From positions 1-35,006 of the forward strand of contig JAVECL010000220.1 in assembly GCA_051942245.1 (NCBI GenBank): a stretch of 35,006 bases of DNA. Reading direction: 5' to 3'. Shown here piece after piece: positions 23,678-35,006 of this stretch; positions within the stretch are counted from its first letter, which is position 1, and each line of letters begins with the position of its first letter. The notes beneath the pieces were generated by a model that did not search any database, was not told where the DNA came from, and worked only from the letters and a program-made list of their open reading frames with translations. The position numbers and the translations under genes were made by a program. This stretch comes from Trypethelium eluteriae. Taxonomy: Eukaryota.

Positions 23678-24481
23678 TCAGTGCCTCTGTTTCTCCTTTT
23701 CTCGCTTCTTCCGCTCTACAATGGTGGCAAATCTTTCGTACGAATGGTCAGAAGAAACGCCATGATAACAATACGGTCTAATTTTTGGATTTGAGACTCA
23801 CCTGCGGAAAGAGCAGATGCCGTCAATGAAGGTAGTGAGTGTCCATTTCCACCATAAGCCCCCATATATGGGCACTGAATGCTTATTTAGTCTCGAGCTT
23901 ACCATGAAGGCAGTCTCGATGGAATGGATGACAATGATACCATAGAAAACAAGCGGCTGGATTACGAAGCTAAATCTTGCAAAGCCAGGTATGTTGCTAA
24001 GCAGATTATCGTAAAGCCAAGATCCGGGCAAGAAGTTGGAACGCTTACAATAAGCGAGCAGAGTGAGAACCACGGCACTGAAAACGACCAAGTCAAAGCC
24101 TTTAGGTTGCTGGTACTCTGTGACTTTGATGTCACTTCTGGATAGACCTTTCAAGGAGTCTTGGTCCATCTTGACCATACGTTCCCGTGCATCTCGGAAG
24201 GATCCCAGAGGCGGGTTTAGAGGAACCTGGTGCGTCTTCCCACTCGCATCAATGTCCAGCTGGCTTAGGGTAATTTCGGTCGCTTTTGCATTGCGTGCAG
24301 CCCAGGATGAAAGTCTGCAATAGTGTTCGAGATAGCGGCTCAACTGCACGATCTCTCCATTAGTATCTAAAGGGTATCGCTAACAGGATCCGACACGCGC
24401 GCGTACTGAATCTTGATGATCTGCATTCATGTGATCAAGGATCCGCTTGCGGGCTGCGTTATCTTTGGACAAATCGGTCAT
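23678..24481 (-). CDS. DUF2470-domain integral membrane protein
   Basis: Three exons. N-terminal RILDHMNADHQDS|LSRYLEHY, PLNPPLGSFRDARERMVKM, followed by hydrophobic helices and LWWKWTLTTFIDG, with a basic tail KKREKEKQRH*. Confidence 0.85.
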
Positions 24482-25496
24482 CTTGATCGCTGGACTGTTC
24501 CACTTCTCGGTACGAGTGCTCGAGTACTTGAGTGCTGACGTTCCCTGTGTTCCTTGATCGTACTACAGTATGTTGTGACGCGAGCAAGGTTCTACCTCGG
24601 TTCACGATAGTTCGAGGACAAAACGTTGCTGGAGATCTTGGCGAAAAGTACCTCCGTAGAGTCCGTACCTAAGCCTATCATTCTCCAAACAAGCTGACCG
24701 ATACCATGAAATTGTCCCATTGAAGGGTCGCAGTCCGCAATTGGTGACTTATCATGGATTTCTTGTCTAAATTCCATTGGACACAGTATCCTTTGATCCT
24801 GTGGGCCTGGCGAAGCGAGGCACACGGTACTATTACGCCTCCTCCGTCGACTTCCGCCATGATCGATGGCCATTCTTTGGGAAAGGCTTCAATTGTTTGA
24901 TCAGAAAAGAATGTAATATTTCTCATTACTACTGAAGCTAATGCGGTTTTCAACTGGATAAGTTACTCAGATAACAGCTTTGCTTCGATCTTCCCTTAAC
25001 AAACTGCATGCATCACCGTTTGAGCGCCGTATGACGAGATTTCTCTAACGATCGAGATCATATCTCATGATATTTTTTCAAAGCTCTTCATGGGGGCAAA
25101 TTCTCGAGGGAATTACGGTCATCCAGCCAATGAGTAAGATCCAGAGCGCTTCGGAAGGGATTGATAGGCTGGCGGGATCGTGATTATAGCCTTTTTTGGC
25201 TCCAAACCCCTTTCGGCTCGTCTGCCCACCCCCTGCGGCGAGTCGGGATTCTGCCAACTTTCACACCCTGGTAGCTGTGGCTGGTGAAGTGCTGCAAGTT
25301 GCGTCACAAGGTAAGCCTTGATGATCGGAGAGGCGTTCCTTTCAAACCTGTTCCCGCAGTCTAGCTTTCTTTCCACTCTCCTCTCTTAAAGTATCTCCCC
25401 TCGTGCTGCTCCCGCGTGCCTGCCCCAGTCCGAACTTTCGTACCTAGTAGCCTGAGTTTTTCTTATAGCGATTATCACAGTTCATTGCCTGGCACA

Positions 25497-26293
25497 ATGT
25501 CTACACAAGAAGAGCAACAGGCCAATCTCAGCGCCGAAGGTCAAGGCAATGCCTCTCTCGGCGCAAGCGGTAGTGTGAACGCTTCTCAATCACAGTCGAA
25601 AAAGAAGCCCGCCAAGCTTGGCTCCAAGCAAAATACGCCTCAGAAACAGCAACAAGAGCCCACTCAACAGCCAACTCCAGCTCCCGATGACGACGATGAT
25701 GACGACGATGCTCCCAATGGCGTCGAGTCGGAAGAACCTGACACCCAAGCCGGTGCAGAAGCGAACGGCGATGAAGCTGAACCCGAGCCTGAGCCTGAGC
25801 CTCAGCAGCAGCGACAGGTGTCGCGACGCCGCCAGTCGCGTGGTCGCGGGCGGAAGAACGCTCCCGAAAGCGACACTGAGAGTATTCCTCGAAGTGACCA
25901 ATCTGCTGCGGGCGGACGTCGCAATCGCCAGAGACAGAAGAAGAAGCAGGGGGGCGGCGGAGGCCCGCTCGATGGTATTACGGAAAATGTGCCAGGCGGC
26001 GAGCTGGTCGGCGGTGCGGGTGATATGGTGCAGAACACAGCTGGCAATGCCGTCAACCAGGTCGGGGACACCGCTGGGGGTGCGCTAAAGGGTGTCACCG
26101 GCGCATTAGGTGGAGGCGGTGGTGAGGGCGAGGGCGAGGAAAAGGGAGAGCAGCTGAGGTTGAGGCTAGAACTCAACTTGGACATTGAGATCCAGTTGAA
26201 GGCCAAGATTCATGGTGATCTCACGTTGGGTTTACTGTAAGTTCTGCTACCTGTTCTCTGCCTATCTGAGCTGACTCTAGCTATAGCAACTAA
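25497..26293 (+). CDS. Hydrophilic low-complexity (LEA-like) fungal protein with conserved C-terminal LRLRLELNLDIEIQLKAKIHGDLTLGLL motif
   Basis: ATG 25497; Q/D/E/G-rich body; intron 26237-26286 interrupts the last Leu codon, and the tiny final exon gives N*. Confidence 0.8.
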
Positions 26294-26822
26294 ATGGCCG
26301 GCCACACATCCTCCATTGCTTAAAATCGCTTCGTCAAGGTGTTACGTTAAGGGTACAGACTATTCGCTTGGCGCTTTTGGTGATTGCGTCTTCATATTAG
26401 GCTAGAAAATCGTCCACCATCTAATATAACGCTAATCAGCTATTTTACCTTTCTCTTTGTGAATAGTGATGAAATGCTCACGGTTTGCACGAAGACAACA
26501 ATGTCGTCTCAATGGTTTTGGGACTAGTTAATAGCAATCGCGATTTGTGTAGCTGCGAGACCCAGGTCAGGAGGTGTGAGAGGGTCCCCTGCCGTTAGCG
26601 ATCGGAGGGCAGTCCGTCGTATGCCCTTCGTACTCCGTACCTTAGGTAGTCAATATCCCCACTCCGGTACCACGCGGTTGAGCGTGTTCGGAGAAAAAAC
26701 GAGCATGGGGAAGTATCAGAGTTGCGGCACCATCCCAATCATAGACATGGTCAAATCCGTCGTATCCTCATCGCGATAAGCATGAAAAGTCGACGTCTCG
26801 ATCGGGAGATAAGCAGACGCCA

Positions 26823-26832
26823 TTGACGTCAA
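26823..26832. promoter_or_regulatory. Palindromic CRE/ATF-type site TTGACGTCAA
   Basis: Perfect 10-bp palindrome containing TGACGTCA about 420 bp upstream of the ATG at 27251. Confidence 0.4.
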
Positions 26833-27250
26833 AGTGTGGCTGACAAGCTTGAAAGAGTAGAGTCTAGAGCATGGGCTTCTGCAACAGCCATTCGATCATC
26901 ATGCCGGGGTGAAATCCTGAACCCATGGGAAGGCTGGGGTGTGGCGCTGGAAGGACGTCACCGTGTCGTCTCGGAGGCAAAACTTGGCACTGGCGCTGAA
27001 AGGCTCAGCAGCGTGGCTAGCTAGGTACAGTGTACGATAACGGTGCCGCAAGTTTTGGTCCTGTGTCTGTAGCTTGCCTATAACGGAGCACGGCATATTC
27101 CTCCCGCTCATCGTCCCATTTCCTTCTGCTAAGCCTTCACCTTACCATATCGTTCAGACGTTATCAGAGCAGTTCAGATCTCTATCTATCATCTTCTTAT
27201 CCACTTCGTCTTTATCTCAGCACCTCCCAGTACCCCCTCGAATACCTACC

Positions 27251-27961
27251 ATGTCCGATCAAGACGCCGATACTTCCAATACCTCTGATCAGCAGCAAGA
27301 CAATGGCATTCACGAACGTACGACCACCCAACAGCAACGCGCCGAGAAGGCGCAAGACATCGCAAAGCGCGACTCGCAAGGACCTCGCTCCCGCAGCGCT
27401 TCCCGCCGTGCCCGGCGCCAACGCATAAAAGAGGGCCAAGACAGTGGCAAGTACATGAAGACGGCGAATCTAGAGGCGCTCGAGGAGGCCGACGGGAACG
27501 AGGAGCTCAGCTCGATGCAGCCGTTTGAGCGTATTGGCCCCGACTCGACGAGCATGACAGGTCCCGTAACGAAGGCGAGGGCGGAGAGGGGAGAGATCCC
27601 AATGCGGGGCAGCAATCCGAATCAGCCATATCAGGTGCAAAATCAGCAGGAGAAAGGGAGTTTGCAGGAGCAGGACGGGCTGAAGTTGAAGTTGGAGGCA
27701 AATTTGGATGTCGAGATTGAGTTGAAGGCTAGCATCCGCGGGGATTTGACGTTGAGTTTGTTGTAAGTTGCCCATCTCAATCCCGACCCCATTTCCTAGG
27801 TTCACTACCCTACCATATGTCCTGCCATAATGTGTCCGTACACTTCTTCACTCTCGATTCAGGGCTGAAAGATCTGTTCATTTACCACATGGAGACAACC
27901 CCCCTTCTTCCTATCCCACTGGTGCTGCGGTGCAGTGGCTGAGATTTTGCGCAGAGAATAA
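27251..27961 (+). CDS. Second hydrophilic protein with the same C-terminal motif (LKLKLEANLDVEIELKASIRGDLTLSLL)
   Basis: ATG 27251; intron 27763-27954 at the same codon position as in the upstream paralog; final exon gives E*. Confidence 0.78.
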
Positions 27962-28407
27962 CGCAGAATAGTGCTTAATCATGATCGAGCCGATACAAAG
28001 TATGCTATCTGTTTGGATACATCTTGTGGTTTCGTTGGGCGACTTTACAATGGATTATGGGGTATAGCGCCAGGCGTTGTCTTATTCACGAAGCCAAAAA
28101 CTATATCTGCAATTCTAGCTGCGGCTATTTTTGACACACACTAGGAGTCCCTATTCGAATTCGACTATTCATAATGTGATTTCAAGAAGATCCACAAAGT
28201 ATTATGCCCCACCTCTTCGGCGCAGAGCTATCCTGGTGCTTCTACTCCACCCCGCTTATCACGCAATTGCGCTATCGTAGCTACGCAAACTGACGTCGAT
28301 TCGTACATGTTGACAAGCACCAACCGGCAGGTAAATTAGGCTTAGAAGTTCAACCGTAGATATTTGCATTACTTTTTTAGGTGAATGATTTCTCCTCTCT
28401 ATCTACC

Positions 28408-29563
28408 ATGCCATCTGCAATCCCGAAACAGATCCCATTGCCTTCATGGACACCACCCGCAAAGACCCAGCATGAGCTCCCATGGGCAGAGCTATCAGTC
28501 ATCGATCTTTCGCAATTTGATTCACCTGGTGGCAAGGAAAAGTTGGCGGACCAGTTGAAAGAAGCCGTAAGCAACCACTCTTAACATTTCAACCTAAAGC
28601 TGACTCTAACCGTAGGTATCTCGCGATGGCTTCTTCAGTGTGACAGGTACTGATATTCCTGCAGAGGAAGTCAATCGTCAATATGCCATCGCTACCGCTT
28701 TCTTCAACCTTCCATTTGAGGAACGCGGGTGTCCTGAATCTCGCTGTGATTTCGCTAAGGGCAACTATTTTGGATATAGAGCAATGCATGAGAAGAAGAT
28801 GAAAGGCACTGATATCCTCGACAATGTCGAAAGCATCAACATTCCAAAATATATTCCCTCTCTCTCCTCCGAGCCCCGACATCCCTTCCTCGAGCAATTT
28901 AGCTCCGAGCTTGAAGCCTTTCAGCACCGCTCCTTCGACGTTGTCCGCAAAATCTTCACTCTCTTCGCCCTCATTCTCGAGCTACCTGCATCGTACTTTG
29001 TGGATCGCCATCTCTACGACGACCGCTCTGAAGACCACCTCCGCTACATGCGGTATCATCCGCGGTCCCTCCTCGATGATGCCAAGATCGATAACACGTG
29101 GAGCCGCTCACACACCGACTTTGGAAGTTTGACCCTGTTGTGGAGCCAAAATGTCGCAGGTCTGCAGATCAAAACGCACGATGGGGACTGGAGATACGTC
29201 CGTCCTGTCGATGGTGGCATCATCTGCAATGTCGGGGACACGCTGTCGTTCTGGTCCGCTGGTTATTTCAAGTCGACGATCCATCGCGTGGTAAGGCCAC
29301 CTCCGGATCAAGACGGAAATTACCGAGTAGGACTATTCTATTTTGTTCGGCCTGGGGATGAAGTAGACATTGCCCCGGCGCCGAGCCCTTTGTTGAAAAG
29401 GATGGGGATGGTGCCAGAAGACTTGAGTAGCATCAAGCCGGTGAAAGGATACGAATATGTAAGGGAGAGGGTGAGGAACTACCATGACCATCAAGATTAT
29501 GCGGACCGAAAGGGGCAGAAATTCCGGGTAGGAGATCTCGAAATTGAGGACGAAGTAGCTTAA
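28408..29563 (+). CDS. 2-oxoglutarate/Fe(II)-dependent dioxygenase (IPNS/DIOX_N family)
   Basis: Exons 28408-28566 and 28616-29563. LSVIDLSQFD..GFFSV, LRYMRYHPR, HTDFGSLTLLWSQNVAGLQI, NVGDTL, KSTIHRVVRPP..R. Confidence 0.93.
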
Positions 29564-31425
29564 GCGGAGCAAGGTCGAGGATAAAAAAAGTGGCTAGTTC
29601 TACTTATGAGTCCGTTTAGGCTCTACGAACTTAAAGATGGCTGCTTATGATGTAGAAACATAGCTACTGTAGTATATGTGAGTCGTTTCTGAGAAGTGCT
29701 CAATCAGATTTCATGGCTTGCGTTGCCTTCAATATTGACCCGCTCTCTATTCTCAAAGAACCATCCTACGTCTGATGCATATCACCAATGCAATTTTCTT
29801 CCTACTTTTCGCCGAGAGTCAACTGCTATGTCTACTTTATCTCTAATTGGGACAACACCGCAGCAAGCTCCACTCAGGCTATTTTCTCTATTTGATCTCC
29901 CTCCTCAGTCCCAGATCTAGACTCGGTGCGGGTTAGTAAGTCACAGTACGCCCCGACTGCCCTTCTTAATCCATCTTCGTAATTCTCCAACAGGGTTTTT
30001 ACTACCAGGAGTGAGAAAGCGCCGGTAACATCCACTAACATCTTCGCCAATGTCTTGACCCAACGTTGTATTTTAGCTGCTGCAAAAGTACTTGCATTGG
30101 CATGAACAGCCTATGTGACGCATGATCTATCGAAAAAGGACTTCCTGACATCTTCGGATGTGGTATTCGACCTTGTTCCGAGCGGACTATAGAGAAGAGT
30201 ACCGGAGACAACTTAGCCACTCCTTCCAGCTTCATCATGGAAGAAGGATCATGGGCTTGTTTCCGAATTCTTGTCCTTCTTGTGCTTGGCGTCCAATTGC
30301 TGAGGGCAGACGGCAATACAGCAGACTATTGCGCTGGACACGGCCCCTTGAAGTCTTCTTTTCCTAGTAGCAAGAAAGCTTACAGGCCCGTGACATTCAG
30401 GCCTTAAGGCCTACACAATTCACGACTACCGCTGAATGCTTTCTGCCTTGAGGTAGTCGACTGCGTCAATGAGAAATTCGACGTCATGCATATCGTCTGC
30501 GAGATGTTTTTGTCAGCCTAAACTGACTTTTGAAGTAGGACATGATCATATATGCACTGGCTGAGAACCTGCCATTCGTTGTCAATCATTGAGCCAAGCG
30601 GCAAGTATGTGAAGAAAATTGATACTTCTAGAAGGGCCTCGAGAGGATCTTGTTTCTCCCGCCCTCAAGATTGATGCCTCTCACCGGACGGTGGCCCTGT
30701 GTAATACGACTGATGCTCGCTCTTCCTTTCCGACCTCCGCCTCACGACCTGCACTCCACATCATACCTTGTCGACGAGACCACAAAATAGGAATGACCGA
30801 AACATGGAACTGTCTTGACCTTTCTTTCAGGCCATAGATTCGGCATCCTCTCCTAAACTACATCAGTCCTAAAAAGGCTTCGATCTTCAGTGCCTAAATT
30901 AGGCTGGTGGTTTCTACCGAAGTCTCTCCAGCGGCGCTGCGTCCCAAAAAGCAGGGCGATAGGGTCCAGCCTTTGCGGAATAAGCAAGCGTCAAAAGATG
31001 CACGAAATTGGCCGTGGCTTAATAGCCTCCCACGCCTTCTTGAAACCCCTGCGCAAATCATCGTCGTGATAGGCAAGTATAAGCTAACGATCTCCGATGC
31101 GTATAATCCCTGTTCCCTGAAGGCCGCCAACGTGGAATCTTGATACGTTCTCAAGCCAACTTTTCCAATACATATTATTGCCTCCAAACCCCTTGGCTTG
31201 ACGCCATTCATGCTCTATCGCCTTCTTCAAAAACGCAATTCGGTTTTGGTACCGTTGCGGCGGAGATTAGCCGACGTCGCCTTCTTTGTCGGTCTACGTG
31301 CTACAAACGAGTAGCAAACGATTCCCCCACGAACCCACCATTGGTCCGGCCTTAGCTATAAAAGGTAGCAAGATGAGCCGGTAAAAAAGCTTCTTCCCTT
31401 ATACAGGGTTTCACCTGCGGTGGCG

Positions 31426-34400
31426 ATGGCAGAGCCTCACAAAACGAGCATTTCACATTTTCCGGGCTCAGAGATCTCCTCCAGCGACCAACAGTGGCCT
31501 CAACGATCACATCGAATGCATATTCGCCAACCCTCCCAAGAACTGGACTCTCTCCTACAAGATCTATCGCCGACCAAGACACTAGATGTCTTCTCAAGTA
31601 ATTCAGATGTGGGGGCTGAGTCAAGTGGGAGTAGGGATGATAGCTGGGTTAGTCGCGGTCTACAAACGGTATCAAATACAGAAAGAGCGTTCGGTGTGCG
31701 TGTTGCCCAGACTATGAAACAATTGCGTGCTTGGTGTTGGGAATTAGAGGATTGGAAGTGGCCAGGGACTTTCCAGAGTCCTCCAGTGGAGCAGTTGGCT
31801 ACCGGGAGACTGCGGCTCAGTTCAGTAGCGGAAGTCCCCAAAGCCGAAGCTACGGCCACGCATGATAACTCGCTGGAGGAGGTCGAGTTTATCGATCCTG
31901 AATCTACAAATGACACGAACATGTCTCAAGATGATATCAACTGCGGAAGCCTGCCGGCCCATCAAGTTCGAATTTATGAGAAAAGAGTCGGCGAGATCCA
32001 AGAACAACTAGAGGAGATGGATGTTGAGGAACTTAAGAATCGTGTTCTCGATGTACATACCCCTTCAAGATCCCGTCATCCTTCGATGTCTGGATTGGAA
32101 CAAGCTCTTGCTCTCTCTTCTGCGGAATTCAGACATCTTGACGATTATACAGCATTGGTTACAGCCACAATACTACAAGCTTTGCCTTATCTCTCTCGAC
32201 TGACCCGCCTTCTATGCACCTGGTCGATTCGTTTGACTGTCTTGCAGACGTCAGTATCGTTTTTATCAGGGCTAGCGGATGCTCAATCGGCGTTACATGT
32301 CGCAAGTTCCCTGCTTGACCTGGACTCAGGTTCTGACTGCCCTAAACCCATATCAGTGCGAGACAGCTTCAACCGAGAAGTCTTCAACACCATCAAAGAT
32401 GATCTCCAGGAAAAGGTTACGATGCTGGCTCAACAGATGGATAGGATGCTGGATGACCTTGAGGGGAGAGAAGATACTGTTCCCGACCGGTGGATTGAAG
32501 ACTTTGAGAGACTAGAAGCAAGCTACACAAGCTGGGTTGTCCAAGCTGGGGAATGCGTACTTGAGCTTGAATCTAGAGCATCACCAGCAGCAAAGGACAC
32601 GCAAGGCTGCCATCCTCTGCCCACAACTCATATCCATGAGAGCAGCGAGCCTGATCAAATTCATTCAAGATCTGGTCAGGGCGAGAAGACAGATGAATCA
32701 AATCATAATGAAAAACACGATACCCTCACCGAGTCTTTCAGAATATCAGTCGAGAAAGCAAACGGCTGCAGTATGGAGGGTATACCAGCGACAAGTAATG
32801 ACTATATACTTGGAGCTGCTTTGACGTCACATCCACCAAGTGATCTGCCAGGTGCTAATCGCAGCGCTACTGATGCGCCTGCCCTTCCTTATGTCGCCGA
32901 GGCATCGCCGAAACCATACTCATACCATTCCAATTCTCTCGAACGGCTTCCATCAGATCCAGTCGTATCGGATTCCGAGGGACCTACGACATTGCCTGAT
33001 CGTCATCGCCGCAAAAGTTTGAGTGCAAAATTGAATGCGTTGATGGGTAGAGAGGAGAAGCCACCGACCATGCGTCCTACGAACACACCTGTACGTCCTT
33101 TTGAGAGAGCGAATTCAGGTTTTGGTCGGTTATTCAATAAGCAAAGGGAGAACTCCGACTCAGCGGAAAGCTCGGCTTCAGAGAGCCGCCAACAGTCTCC
33201 AAGCGCTACTGCGAAGCCTCATCTGAAGCGCTTAAGCTTGCGAAATAAGAGAGATGTGCCGAAGCTCAACTCGGCGGATTCCTCTGGTAAAGACCTCGAC
33301 GAGATGAAAGCCAACACAGAAGCCAGTGAACAAGACACTGAAGATGTCAGAGAATCACCCTATTCTAGCGCTGTCAGCGCGCGCTCACCGCATTCTGTGC
33401 TACGTAAGGATCTATCGGATATCCAGGAAGCCGCAGATGCATTTTTGGTCGGACAGCAAACACCCTTGATGGGGCAACAAGAGGACTTTGTCGCAAGACC
33501 TTTCTCTGAGCCTGAGGCGTCGCCTTTGGTCCAGGAGAATAACCCTATCCACTTTCGGAAAACTTTTAATAATGAATTAGAGGAGACTTTCGAGCCTGAT
33601 GTGCCTGTCGCTACTGATGAGTTTTATAACATGTTCGTTGACAGTCTTCCCACAAGCCCAGCTGAAGAACCAAAACCAGGACTATGGGCTGGTTTGGGAG
33701 CCGAAAGACCTAAACTCAACTCGAGGTCGCTCACGGTAACTGATGACAACTTTGGAAAGACGCAACGGCGGTCAATGCATCATGGTCCACCGCCCTCACT
33801 AACTAAGAGACATACGGTACAAGGGCTTCCAATGTACGAAGGCGAAAAGTCCAGGGCTGCCCAGTCATCTCTAGTGGAGGGCGAACAACCACAACCTGCT
33901 ATCTCTGTTCCACAAAAAATGCCGCAAGCGTCACAAAGCGAAGCAACGGAAAACATAGAAAATGACGTCGACAACGGTCCACAAAGCAAAATGACTGAGT
34001 CATTAAGTGCCCAACCATCTGAGGCTCCCAACCCTGGGATTGTGCCAAATCTTGAGATGGAAGAAGGGCGGGCCGTAGAGGGGAAGACTGATAAATCCTT
34101 AAAGCGACCAGTATTCAAACGGGCTTCTATGACATCTATCGAGCACTTCCCCAGATCTGAGGTAAACTAAATCGCCGTTTTCGTGAAACCTGCACTTCCA
34201 TTCCTCTTTTCTTGGATTGACTGACAGGCATGTAGCTTAGAAGCGTGGAGATCCGTCGAACGAACAGCCAACGTTCTACCGGCTCAAGGAGCCTTCCGCA
34301 AACGCCAGTCAATCCTGCACCAGATTCATTGCATCAAGTTCTACACCACGACAGCCCCTCCGGGCTTCGCGTCCCTACAAACACCAGTCAGTCGACCAGC

Positions 34401-35006
34401 ACTGAAAGAGATTCATCTCGAGTACGGCACATTTCCGAATTGGTGAAAAGCTCGCTCTCGTCCCCTCCCACCGCCGCATCGCCACACCAAATGACTAGCG
34501 AGGCATCTTCTCCTCAACAGCGCTCTCGAAAGCTCTCCGATCCTGCCCGAGATGCTGAGGAATCTCCCTCCAAACCCCCTTTGAAGCATCCACCCAAGCA
34601 AGCCAAGCTGCATCGGACGTTTGGCGAAGATCAGCTAGAGCGTCAAATCTCCTCGATCCTCACGACCATTCCCGCCCACATTCGCTTATCGTCAACCCCC
34701 TCCGAGCCACGAACTGAACCCAAATCCCGTCTCGGCACCAAGCGTCTCTCTAGCAATCTGGGGCCCCTCACGCCCGCCAAAACTCGTCCTCCCGCTGATA
34801 CTGGCTCCTCGACTCCCACAACCCCCAGCACCGAGTCCCCTCACCAGCCTACCCTCACCCTTGTCCCAGCCAGATCCTCCGCTCCCCCTGGGTCTCGCCA
34901 GCTCCGTGGCGGCACCCCTTCCTCGCATACTGACAGTCCCCCGGCCTCTTCGGAATCGGGCGTTAAGCTCTACCACCTCTTGCAGCCTGGGCGCACAGAC
35001 CCAATC
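31426..35006 (+). CDS. Large fungal protein, probable GAS2/GAR-domain cytoskeletal protein (3' partial)
   Basis: Exon 31426-34161, intron 34162-34235, then an open frame to the window end (LRSVEIRR...DQLERQISSILTTIPAHIRL...GVKLYHLLQPGRTDPI). The helical N-terminal block and the terminal KLYHL..PI are what I recall preceding the GAS2 domain in fungal homologs. The domain itself lies outside the window. Confidence 0.75.

Noticed and set aside
24514..24537. Three imperfect 8-mer repeats (GAGTRCTB) upstream of the DUF2470 gene
   Set aside because: Too short and degenerate to distinguish from chance.
25686..25812. GAY trinucleotide and GAGCCT hexamer repeats
   Set aside because: They simply encode poly-Asp and Glu-Pro tracts of the hydrophilic protein.
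29564..31425. Short ORFs and possible mobile element in the 1.9-kb intergenic region
   Set aside because: No terminal repeats, transposase or RT motifs, or AT-rich RIP signature seen.

Overview
Intron-rich fungal (Pezizomycotina) genomic DNA with about 18 intact protein-coding genes and two decayed genes. I found no RNA genes, transposons or CRISPR arrays. The most interesting feature is a candidate myo-inositol/D-glucuronate catabolic locus in the first 15 kb. It has a divergent pair (Zn-dependent polyol/L-idonate 5-dehydrogenase-like MDR and KduD/gluconate 5-dehydrogenase-like SDR) followed directly by myo-inositol oxygenase. A GAR1-like uronate reductase (aldo-keto reductase) lies about 7.6 kb further on. 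Between these sit an AsaB/CmcJ-like dioxygenase and glyoxalase divergent pair, two pseudogenes (Zn-ADH and amino-acid/choline permease) and an FAD monooxygenase. The rest holds a membrane protein, a second FAD monooxygenase, a compact DPH3-frataxin-APS3-DUF2470 block, two tandem hydrophilic paralogs sharing a C-terminal motif and intron position, a 2OG-Fe(II) oxygenase, and a large GAS2-type protein running off the end. Gene models were spliced by eye and family calls come from motif recognition, not database searches.
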